Source: Euryarchaeota archaeon RBG_13_57_23
GTDB lineage: Archaea > Thermoplasmatota > Thermoplasmata > UBA10834
NCBI GenBank assembly: GCA_001800675.1
Contig: MGVW01000022.1
Span: 5,130-44,699 of the forward strand
Direction: 5' to 3'
Length of the DNA: 39,570 nucleotides
The position numbers and the translations under genes were made by a program. A model generated the notes under the pieces. The model searched no databases and was not told the origin of the DNA. It saw nothing but the letters and a program-made list of their open reading frames with translations. How positions within the stretch are numbered: the first letter of the stretch is position 1; each line of letters opens with the position of its first letter. Below, in pieces: positions 8,997 to 16,929 of this stretch.

Positions 8997-9764
8997 TCAG
9001 ACAGTCGTCTCTGGGAGCACGATGTCGTCGAATGCCGGGAACGCTGTCTCTACGGGATCCAGTGCTGCGCCGTCAACGAATATGCCCTTCAGGATCACGT
9101 TGACTGAGATGAAATCGCCCTCAGCGTATCCGACTAGCTGCGTGCCGGTCAGATCTGGTAGGGTGACCGTCACCAGAGTCCTAGCCTCGCCGATGACCAC
9201 ATCGACCGCATCTGCCTTGGAGCCGTCAGCAAACAGCGGCTCGCACCCGTTGACCATGAAGCTCGCAGAGATTTCGCCAAGCAACGCGGGTCCATAACCG
9301 ATGTCCAGTTGTCCGACGATCATACCTATTGGTTCAATCGACGCGAGGACGTTCATGTCCGGATCCTCGAAGGCAAGATCTCTGAGGCGCAAGTTCACCG
9401 TGTAGACTACCTTCTGCCACTTCAGGTCTGGATTCCCAGGTGATATGAAGGCGCCCTCCTTGACGGTCATCTCGCGCTTGGCCGCGAAGTCCATTGTGTA
9501 GGCGTCACTGTGCACTACATTGACTTCGCCCGTCAACTCGTCAGTCTGGTAGACGAGGTAATTGGTCCCACTGAGTATCTCCGTGTATTCGACCGGTCCT
9601 GCATACGCTGGTTTCGCTGCCGCACCGAAAACGGTTGCGGCACCGAATGCCAATATCGCACAGACGGCGACCGATAGAACCAAGAACTTGGTTTCGAAGG
9701 GCGATGCCCGTCCGCGGCCCGTCGAGATGCGCCTGGCCAGCTCACTCTTGTATGTCTTCCCCAT
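8997..9764 (-). CDS. Hypothetical exported/membrane-anchored protein
   Basis: ATG 9764 follows GAAGGTGA. Basic N-terminus, then a hydrophobic segment (FLVLSVAVCAILAFGAATVFG) and an acidic beta-rich body. Confidence 0.75.
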   Translation of the reverse strand: MGKTYKSELARRISTGRGRASPFETKFLVLSVAVCAILAFGAATVFGAAAKPAYAGPVEYTEILSGTNYLVYQTDELTGEVNVVHSDAYTMDFAAKREMTVKEGAFISPGNPDLKWQKVVYTVNLRLRDLAFEDPDMNVLASIEPIGMIVGQLDIGYGPALLGEISASFMVNGCEPLFADGSKADAVDVVIGEARTLVTVTLPDLTGTQLVGYAEGDFISVNVILKGIFVDGAALDPVETAFPAFDDIVLPETTV

Positions 9765-9923
9765 TTGCTCACCTTCTTTCGTTTCGGTTTCGAATCTGTC
9801 CCCGGAAGGCAAGCCAGTGAGCGCCAAAGCGCCCCGCCGAGCACCGACGGGCCCCCCGGGTCCTCGATTTCTGCCTTCGCCTTGATTCTAGTCCCGAGTC
9901 GCGACCGGCACGAACACGCTATA

Positions 9924-9956
9924 CGGTTTGTGGTGCAAATATCGAAGGTTAATACA
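9924..9956 (-). promoter_or_regulatory. Shared upstream motif, copy 1 (putative operator next to BRE/TATA)
   Basis: tggtgcaaatatcgaaggttaataca (9931-9956) matches 10569-10594 at 21/26 positions. Confidence 0.55.
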
Positions 9957-10107
9957 TTGCTCGAACAGTCTGGATGAACCCAATTCTCCGCAGCTACTGA
10001 GGGTCCGCCAGCGCGTCGCCGTGCGTGTTCTCGTCTTATCAGCGATTTGACTGCAGATCAAAAACAGAATGAGGTAAAGGGTTTGATTCCCGAGGTGCTC
10101 AAGTCAT

Positions 10108-10497
10108 TCAGGCCGGAGCGCACATGCATTGGGACTGCCACATGTATGGCGTCTCATCCTGCAGCTCAACGTAGTAGAAGTTCCAGAAGTGCACCCAAGG
10201 CTCTAGCGCAGCTGAGTCATCTTCGCTGGCCAAGGTATCGATGCAGGAACCGTCCTTCAGCTGCAGTTTGTCCTGTGTCATATTCTGCAGGCAGTCTCCG
10301 TTCAAGCCACCAGAAGCATCCGTGCTCTCGAGAGTCTCGTTGATGCAGGAACCGTCCTTCAGCTGCAGTTGATCCTGTATCTTGTCCTGTGTCTGGTCGC
10401 AATCACCGCTCATGCTTCCTGCCGCGGCGACCGTAGCGAGCCCGCCGACCAGCACGAAGGCACCAACCATCATCGCGATCCATGTTTTGCCTATCAT
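10108..10497 (-). CDS. Small secreted protein with internal QDxLQLKDGSCI repeat
   Basis: Signal peptide MIGKTWIAMMVGAFVLVGGLATVAAA, duplicated LQLKDGSCI, Cys-rich C-terminus, SD GAGGGG. Confidence 0.75.
   Translation of the reverse strand: MIGKTWIAMMVGAFVLVGGLATVAAAGSMSGDCDQTQDKIQDQLQLKDGSCINETLESTDASGGLNGDCLQNMTQDKLQLKDGSCIDTLASEDDSAALEPWVHFWNFYYVELQDETPYMWQSQCMCAPA
10240..10370. repeat. 29-bp exact direct repeat (2 copies, 102-nt period) within the CDS
   Basis: gatgcaggaaccgtccttcagctgcagtt at 10240-10268 and 10342-10370. Confidence 0.9.
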
Positions 10498-10561
10498 TTA
10501 GTTTCGCCCCCTCTTGTTCAGAGGATTACTCCGGACCTCTGAGGGAGCAGATTCTGATAAG

Positions 10562-10594
10562 TGGCTTATGGTACAAGTATCGAAGGCTAGCACA
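10562..10594 (-). promoter_or_regulatory. Shared upstream motif, copy 2
   Basis: tggtacaagtatcgaaggctagcaca (10569-10594). On the minus strand it is followed by taagcca-cttatc (BRE/TATA-like). Confidence 0.55.
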
Positions 10595-10709
10595 AGATTC
10601 AATGGGATGACTCACGGGTCAGCCAGATAAAATCATGGAAGGTGTTTGGATGGGAACGGCGCAGGATATTCCCGAACAACCGTTCCTTTAGGTTTGTCGT
10701 GCTACGGGA

Positions 10710-11447
10710 CTACCTGTTTCCTTTCCCGCCACCGCCGCCCTTGGTGATCAGCTTGCCGAGGTAGATGTACGCGTCGCCTGCATCCATACCGCCAGTTCCG
10801 CTGACGGGGATCATCGGATCTCCGAGCGGGAGCAGTTCGAATGCCGTCGCATCATCTTCCTCTGCAGCGACGTAGCTCCTGGCAGCCCAGCTGATCGGGT
10901 AGTTAGGCACGTTCACTGAGATCTTAGGAATCCCCGCATCCCAGCCAGTGGTGTCCCACAGCATGCCGTAGATCAGGTGACCAGCCTTGTTTATCTCCCT
11001 GCCGAGCACCTCATCGTCCGCGTCCGTGAAGTCCGCGGTGAAGGTCTCAGTCCTGTCTCCCACGGTCATGGTGACCGATATCACCGGTACTGATACCATC
11101 CAAGTGCTCAGGATCAGGCTCGGGTCCGCTATTAGGTCCGCCTGGTCGTAGACCACTGTTGGGTTATCCATTCTCGCGTTGACAACAATTGGCGTGGTCA
11201 GGTTGTTGTCCACGACGCCGGCCGGAACCTTGAGGACCATCATTTCGATCCTGACGAGGTTCCCGATTCTCCACTGCGGTGTGAACGCCATGTTGTCGGC
11301 GAAGTAAACCGCGTACCCAGGTGCGCTGTCTACCGGTGTGAACGGTATTGGGACAGGTGGCTCCTCTGCTGCTTTCACGATCATCGTCGATGACACCAAG
11401 ACCATTAGCAGTGTCATCGCTATCGCTGCGCCTTTCTTGTGCTTCAT
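10710..11447 (-). CDS. Hypothetical secreted protein
   Basis: Signal peptide MKHKKGAAIAMTLLMVLVSSTMIVKA, SD GGAGGAG, C-terminal GGGGGKGNR. Confidence 0.8.
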   Translation of the reverse strand: MKHKKGAAIAMTLLMVLVSSTMIVKAAEEPPVPIPFTPVDSAPGYAVYFADNMAFTPQWRIGNLVRIEMMVLKVPAGVVDNNLTTPIVVNARMDNPTVVYDQADLIADPSLILSTWMVSVPVISVTMTVGDRTETFTADFTDADDEVLGREINKAGHLIYGMLWDTTGWDAGIPKISVNVPNYPISWAARSYVAAEEDDATAFELLPLGDPMIPVSGTGGMDAGDAYIYLGKLITKGGGGGKGNR

Positions 11448-11522
11448 TTGTCACTACTCCTCCCCTACATCATAGCACAGTGCAAAACTGTGTCATGGCA
11501 TTCACGTCAGACAGAATATTAG

Positions 11523-11537
11523 TAGATTGTAGTACAA
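11523..11537 (-). promoter_or_regulatory. Shared upstream motif, copy 3 (half-site)
   Basis: Minus-strand TTGTACTA-caatcta-ctaatat aligns with TTGCACCA-caaaccg-tatag and TTGTACCA-taagcca-cttat. Confidence 0.45.
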
Positions 11538-11688
11538 TCCTCAACATAACGCCGTTACCAGAAATCGACAAAACGGTCAAATCTTGGTTGACGAACGTCA
11601 ACTCAACCACAGGACTTCACGCCACACTTTCGGGCACAGACTATATGTGGAAGGTACCGAGGGAGGATCAAGACCGTCTCTGGCATCG

Positions 11689-11720
11689 ACGTTCTATGCG
11701 TGTACCAAATAGATTATTAC
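11689..11720 (+). promoter_or_regulatory. Shared upstream motif, copy 4, plus TATA-like ttattac
   Basis: acgttctatgcgtgtacca matches gccttcgatacttgtacca (copy 2) at 14/19. The TATA-like element ends 25 nt before ATG 11746. Confidence 0.45.
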
Positions 11721-11745
11721 ACCGGGAAATAATGAAGCACTGCCC

Positions 11746-12996
11746 ATGACGCTAGCGAACATGAAGTCGATGACAGTCGCAGCAATCTTGATGCTGGGCA
11801 TTCTAGTGCTGCCGGATCTGCCGAGCACATCTGCTTCGCAGGAAGAGATCACATACACCATGACCGCAGACAAGGTCACGATCAACACGCCGAACATGAC
11901 AGTGGCGCTTTCTACGCACTTTCCGGCTGCCGTCGCCTTCACGAAGGGCAACGAGAGCGGACTTGGAGACGGTTTCGTCCTTTCCGCCATACTTGGGTAC
12001 AACAGGAGCATGGATGGACTGCTCAACCTCAGCTCCGTGCCATACCACGCGCCTCTTGACAACGCTACTTGGTCTCTGCTCGGTCCAGTTCAGGAGACCG
12101 ATACAGAACTGGGTCATTCGATAACCGTGTCTCTATTCGCATCGCTGAACATCGTGAAGAGACCCTTCAACTCGGGTGGTGGAGGCTCAGGGGGCTCGGG
12201 AGGCGCTGGCGCGGTGACGATACAAAACTGGGCAAATGTGACAGTCAAATACGTGGTCACGACCCGCAACTACTCTCAATCCTTCGACTTGCTTTCGAAC
12301 TCCCCAGCGTATCCAGTAAATGGCACGACAGAAATCAAGTTCGATGTGGATATCGAACCCAAGAAACCGCTGGATGTGGACATGCTCGCACTGGACATCG
12401 GCCTGATGAAGATGGACAATTCCAGCTTCGCGCCCCTGGCGACCGTAGGCCCATACCTGTTCAGAGGCTATCAGGCGAACGGTCTGAGCATCAGCGACCC
12501 GTCCTTGAATGAGACCGACGGGACCACTCCATTGATGCACGAGTTCACCTACAAGTACGAGTACAAGCAGATGTTCTGCTATCTCAACGAGACCAATGCC
12601 ACCGAGGGCTACTTCTCATGGGCGAACCGAGCTATGCTCAGCTGGTCCGGAGCCAACGACACACTCGCGAACGTCAGCACGTACTACAGGACGGACGGAG
12701 AATCCTTGAGGGTCTACACGGCCGTGCCCCTAGATGTCGAAGTGACCAGGATCGTCTGCGACCCGAGCATCGGCGTGTTCACCGTCAGCACCTCAGGTAA
12801 CGGGGGTGTCATCGACTATCCGGACGGCTTCTTGTCAGGCTCCTGGATATTTTCATTCGCGCTGGGAGCTGTGATTGGCGCCGCAGTCGTTGGCGGGGTG
12901 GGTGTGTACGTTCTCGTAAGGAGAGGTTCTCAGGATGAGGATCCCGCGGAAGTAGTCTCACTGGAGAAGAACAGGTACTACCGCGGAAAGCCGTGA
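11746..12996 (+). CDS. Cell-surface glycoprotein candidate with C-terminal membrane anchor
   Basis: N-terminal signal-like segment, 14 N-x-S/T sequons, Gly/Ser linker, C-terminal TM helix followed by RR and a short tail. Confidence 0.8.
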   Translation: MTLANMKSMTVAAILMLGILVLPDLPSTSASQEEITYTMTADKVTINTPNMTVALSTHFPAAVAFTKGNESGLGDGFVLSAILGYNRSMDGLLNLSSVPYHAPLDNATWSLLGPVQETDTELGHSITVSLFASLNIVKRPFNSGGGGSGGSGGAGAVTIQNWANVTVKYVVTTRNYSQSFDLLSNSPAYPVNGTTEIKFDVDIEPKKPLDVDMLALDIGLMKMDNSSFAPLATVGPYLFRGYQANGLSISDPSLNETDGTTPLMHEFTYKYEYKQMFCYLNETNATEGYFSWANRAMLSWSGANDTLANVSTYYRTDGESLRVYTAVPLDVEVTRIVCDPSIGVFTVSTSGNGGVIDYPDGFLSGSWIFSFALGAVIGAAVVGGVGVYVLVRRGSQDEDPAEVVSLEKNRYYRGKP

Positions 12997-13009
12997 TCTG
13001 TTCTTTTGG

Positions 13010-13573
13010 CTAGACTCGGTGTTTGTCTTCCTTCCGAGCAGGTTCGCTGGGTGACTTCCTGGCGACGTAGGCGGCCACGAAATCGTCAACCAGTTTGTCG
13101 AGGAAGGTTCGCCTGTACACTATCAGAAGGTCGGCGACCTTGTCGGGATCGATCACAGTCATCTTCGACTCCCTCCCAATCTTGTCGACCTTAATCACGC
13201 CCATCGAGGAGAGCTTGCTGGTATGGTAGGACAGGGTCCCTCCCGATATCGTGAAGTTCACCAGCAGCTCCCCGTGAGTGGTGCCAGGATTCATCAGCAA
13301 GAAGAGGACTATGCCTCGGGGAATCTCCTGCCTGAGCGCCGAGAGTATGCGCTGCTTGTCCTTGTCGATCTGCCCTCCTGGGAAGTATCTGGAGAAGTTC
13401 TCGGCCTTGTCCACGGTCAACAACCCTCTCACCACGAGGTGGTTGAGGTGGTATTCGAGGACCCCTATCGACAGGTTCGTGCGCCTCTGTATCTCCCTGA
13501 AGTGCACTCCGGGGTTCGTGCGGACGCACTCGTATATCCTCTTGCGGCTCGCTAGGTCAAGCGGATCCTTCAG
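13010..13573 (-). CDS. Double winged helix-turn-helix transcriptional regulator
   Basis: RKRIYECVRTNPGVHFREIQRR…LEYHL and a second unit NPGTTHGEL…LSYH. Homology-like sequence extends upstream of GTG 13507 to a CTG at 13573. Confidence 0.8.
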   Translation of the reverse strand: MKDPLDLASRKRIYECVRTNPGVHFREIQRRTNLSIGVLEYHLNHLVVRGLLTVDKAENFSRYFPGGQIDKDKQRILSALRQEIPRGIVLFLLMNPGTTHGELLVNFTISGGTLSYHTSKLSSMGVIKVDKIGRESKMTVIDPDKVADLLIVYRRTFLDKLVDDFVAAYVARKSPSEPARKEDKHRV

Positions 13574-13847
13574 CCAACCTCCCCCTCACCCTGCCCGCCA
13601 TCACCGCGACAACGAGTATGGCCGTCCCTGACGCAATTATGAAAATCCCGTCGACGTCGGCCAGCCAGTCGGTCGCATGACCCATAATGAGCACCGCAAC
13701 ATCGAAGGCTGCCGAGGCAGCGAGGAAGTAACATGACAGCGCGAGAAGCTTGACCCCGCTCCTCTTGTATGAGACGAGACAGATGACGAAAAGCAGGACT
13801 GAGACCGCCAGGAGCAAGCCCAGCATTGTATCCACCAGCACTATCAT
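13557..13847 (-). CDS. Small integral membrane protein (3 TM), coupled to the wHTH gene
   Basis: Three hydrophobic segments with an SYKRSG loop. Its 3' end overlaps the regulator start. Confidence 0.7.
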   Translation of the reverse strand: MIVLVDTMLGLLLAVSVLLFVICLVSYKRSGVKLLALSCYFLAASAAFDVAVLIMGHATDWLADVDGIFIIASGTAILVVAVMAGRVRGRLAEGSA

Positions 13848-13967
13848 TCGATGACCTAGCTTCTCTGTATGCTCTAGTGCTAAATAATATGTCTGGGATG
13901 GAGCTCCGCCCTATTGGAATGGCTTAATAGCGGTGAGGGCTTTTCGGGCATTGCGGGGTGTCAGTCC

Positions 13968-14531
13968 ACGCCCAAGATATCGTTCGTGACGACGAATGTT
14001 GGCAAGTTCAAGGAGATATCCGCGCTGATGCGTGAGCGGGGCGTTCAGCTAGAACACCTGAGGACCCCCTACCCTGAGATCCAGGCGGAATCCTTGGAGA
14101 TCACCATCATCCCGGGCCTCCAGTGGCTCTTGGAGAAGTACGAGAAGCCGCTCATGATTGACGACTCGGGCCTGTTCGTAGAATCCCTCAAGGGGTTTCC
14201 AGGAGTGTATTCCTCATATGTCTTCAAGACCGTCGGCTGTGACGGCATTCTCAACCTGATGAGGGGCATCAGTGATAGGCGCGCAAGGTTCGAGTGCTGC
14301 ATAGGGTTCATCGCTCCAGGAAAGGACCCGTTCATCGCTAAGGGCGTTTCGAAGGGTACAATCGCGCTCGCGAGGGCAGGGACTAGCGGATTCGGGTACG
14401 ACCCGATCTTCATCCCCGAGGGGTCGGACAAGACTTATGCCCAGATTGAGGTCAATGAGAAGAACAAGACGTCTCACAGAGGCAGAGCAGTCGAAGTGTT
14501 CCTACGGGAACTGCCAAGACTTCTACGCTGA
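13968..14531 (+). CDS. rdgB: Non-canonical purine NTP pyrophosphatase (RdgB/HAM1)
   Basis: FVTTNVGKFKE, DDSGL, GFPGVYS, GFGYDPIF, KN-x-x-SHR. The start is uncertain (ORF track gives TTG 13914). Confidence 0.9.
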   Translation, partial: TPKISFVTTNVGKFKEISALMRERGVQLEHLRTPYPEIQAESLEITIIPGLQWLLEKYEKPLMIDDSGLFVESLKGFPGVYSSYVFKTVGCDGILNLMRGISDRRARFECCIGFIAPGKDPFIAKGVSKGTIALARAGTSGFGYDPIFIPEGSDKTYAQIEVNEKNKTSHRGRAVEVFLRELPRLLR

Positions 14532-14593
14532 TGCGACACCAATCCTTTTATTGAGGGCTGTGATAATCCCGTAACCGGGACCAGTGCCATCGT

Positions 14594-14667
14594 GGGGTAG
14601 TGGTCTAGCTTGGTATGATACGTGCTTTGGGAGCATGAGGTCATCGGTTCAAATCCGATCTACCCCA
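14594..14667 (+). tRNA. tRNA-Pro (TGG)
   Basis: Acceptor stem GGGGTAG/CTACCCC, anticodon arm CGTGC-TTTGGGA-GCATG, T-loop GTTCAAATC. Confidence 0.95.
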
Positions 14668-14695
14668 CCTCACCCAAGCTTGTCTTTTCGTTTCA

Positions 14696-16120
14696 TCATG
14701 AGAGTGCATACAACGCAATTCCGTGGAGCGTGAATGCGAGTCCCAGGAACGTGATAGTGAACGCGAACAGGAAATCCTTCCTTCTATGCCAGACTATTCT
14801 CTCAGTGTCCGAGTTCATGAAGTTCTTCTCGATATCGAACAGGTAGACCGCCGCTATCATGCCCGCGAACGTAAGAAGGTTCATGAATCCAAGCGCTGCG
14901 AACATCTTCAGATCCGGTCCGAACGGCCTGTAGACGACCCAGCCAGCTGTGATGCTCGCGAGAACCGAGGCTCCAACGAGCGCTGCCAGGATGACCATCC
15001 AGCTGTTGTGATACACGAGATTGGTGGCTGCAACGCCAAGCTCCCATTGAGACTCGATCCAGAGGTCCTCTGTTAGATAGCTCGAAGGTCCTGCCATCGT
15101 TATGATCGTGAACTCGACATCACTCATATCTCCCATATCCAGATTCCTCGCCTTGAGCTCGTTCTGGAAGAACCACACGTTCTGCATGCTGACGTAGTAG
15201 GATGGGTCAACGCAGTGGTATACGTCGACCATTCCCTCCTCGTCGTCATCCTGGAACCGGACCGGGTCTGCTCTCCCCAGCACCTGGATGGTCATGGGGA
15301 TCTCGTGGTCATCGTAGATGCTCGTGAGCTTGAGAGGGTAGTACATCCTCGTGGTTGGGAAAGTAACAGAGACCCCGAGTCGATAGACGTAGCCTCCATA
15401 TCCCCACTGTTTCTGGGATTGGTTCGTGAAAGCGTCGATGTCCGATATCCAGGAAGCGACGAACGAGTAATCTTGACCAACATACTCGTCCAGGCGGTCA
15501 AGAGCCAGAGGTGACAACTCAAGGCCCTTCTCAGCGAGATAGCCGTCTATCGCTGTGGACTCGCCCGCGGATATCAGTTCGCTGGACAGTCCGAAGGCTT
15601 CGACGTGCTCCGATATCACCACACCTGAAATGCCATCGGAGGTGCCTTCGACCTCCTCGGAGAGCAACGGTCGTCCACCGCCATACCAGCCCGTCTGTGT
15701 TTCGCTAGATAGTCCGAGGGCCAAGAGCGGGTAGAGCTGAGAGCCGTAGACCCAGACGAAATTTTCGTCGACCTCCCTTCTCGCCAAGCTACTCAGGAAG
15801 TATCCGTCGAGTGAGTTGATAGTCTGGACGATCGTGATGTTTGCAGCATTTGGCTCACTGGGTATCGGGAAGAACCAGACGGCCTGTGCGCCGGCCTGCA
15901 AGCTGTTCGCCGAGATGCTCGCCTGAATGATCAGATTCTCCTTTCCGTCGACGAGGCTGATCATTGCGAACTGGGAATCCTCCATGGCAAGTTCCCATGT
16001 GTCGTAAGCCGGCACATAGACATGACTCACGCCATCAGCAGCCGCGCCGAGAGCGGTCAAGGGCAGCACTGTGAATATCGCCACAAGTCCGACGATGAAC
16101 CTCCTAATCACGCAAACCAC
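14696..16120 (-). CDS. Secreted/membrane protein, DUF2330-like N-terminal domain plus C-terminal TM helices
   Basis: Signal peptide, AVWFFPIPS, YLAEKGL…LDEYVGQDYSFVASW, FPT…YYPLKLTS, about 3 C-terminal TM segments. The family is recognised by eye only. Confidence 0.6.
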   Translation of the reverse strand: MVCVIRRFIVGLVAIFTVLPLTALGAAADGVSHVYVPAYDTWELAMEDSQFAMISLVDGKENLIIQASISANSLQAGAQAVWFFPIPSEPNAANITIVQTINSLDGYFLSSLARREVDENFVWVYGSQLYPLLALGLSSETQTGWYGGGRPLLSEEVEGTSDGISGVVISEHVEAFGLSSELISAGESTAIDGYLAEKGLELSPLALDRLDEYVGQDYSFVASWISDIDAFTNQSQKQWGYGGYVYRLGVSVTFPTTRMYYPLKLTSIYDDHEIPMTIQVLGRADPVRFQDDDEEGMVDVYHCVDPSYYVSMQNVWFFQNELKARNLDMGDMSDVEFTIITMAGPSSYLTEDLWIESQWELGVAATNLVYHNSWMVILAALVGASVLASITAGWVVYRPFGPDLKMFAALGFMNLLTFAGMIAAVYLFDIEKNFMNSDTERIVWHRRKDFLFAFTITFLGLAFTLHGIALYALS

Positions 16121-16201
16121 CGTTTAGTATTACGGGGCGACCCGCTATATTAACGGTGTGCGCGCGTTGACCTGGAAGTCATTCCTCTGCACTAGCACGC
16201 T

Positions 16202-16771
16202 TCACGGCGGGACTTTCTTGCGCTTGAGCTCCATGCCAACGCTCCATGCGCTTCCCAATTTCCTGCCCAGGCTCCAGTAGCCTCGGTCGTTCATCACGAA
16301 CAGCAGCGGGTCGACCTTGGCAAAATTGACCACTCCGCTGTCGAGGACCTCCTCGTCAGAGTAGGTTTCGACGACCTTCCCAACGAAGATGTCGTGGCTC
16401 TCGAAATCGAAAGTGTGAGTCAGTTCGCACTCCATGTTGATTGGGCACTCCTCGATCAAGGGCGCGGTCTTGAGCGCCCCATAGAACACCTTGAACATCT
16501 TGGCCTTGTCCTCTTTCTTTCCGGAGACGAGCCCGCAGTAGTCAGTCTCCTTCATGAGTTTAGTGCCTGGGATGTTGACGCTGAACGTCCCGTTCTCTTT
16601 GATGCCCTGGTTCGTGTAGTGAGATTTCGACATACTCATCGAGACCGAGCCAGGATCCACGATGCCGACATGTGCCATCGTTATGAAGTTCGGCTTTCCG
16701 TTGACCTGCGCGCCCACCAATACCGTGGGCAAGGGGTAGAGGCAATTCTTTGCTCCGAGCTGTTTCTTCAT
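16202..16771 (-). CDS. Flavin reductase family protein (flavoredoxin-like)
   Basis: LYPLPTVLVG, GKPN, FSVNIP, DYCGLVSG, APLIEECP, HDIFVG. ATG 16771. Confidence 0.88.
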   Translation of the reverse strand: MKKQLGAKNCLYPLPTVLVGAQVNGKPNFITMAHVGIVDPGSVSMSMSKSHYTNQGIKENGTFSVNIPGTKLMKETDYCGLVSGKKEDKAKMFKVFYGALKTAPLIEECPINMECELTHTFDFESHDIFVGKVVETYSDEEVLDSGVVNFAKVDPLLFVMNDRGYWSLGRKLGSAWSVGMELKRKKVPP

Positions 16772-16929
16772 CCCCGTCCCATCCGAGTTACGAATTGCAG
16801 TATCATCTATAAGAGAGGGAGCCTTCCGAAGGGGAATGGCATTAGCATACGGTGCCCCCTGCACTTACTCTATATAGCCGGACCCTATACCGAATTTTTG
16901 GAAGAGGCCTTTTTGGAGGCCTGAATGGC

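Noticed and set aside
10240-10370. 29-bp direct repeat as a mini CRISPR array
   Set aside because: Only two copies, a 73-nt spacer, an in-frame 102-nt period inside a signal-peptide ORF, and no cas genes.
14594-16200. Integrated element at tRNA-Pro (also considered for tRNA-Tyr and tRNA-Glu)
   Set aside because: No integrase or transposase, and I saw no duplicated tRNA 3' end (att site) in the window.
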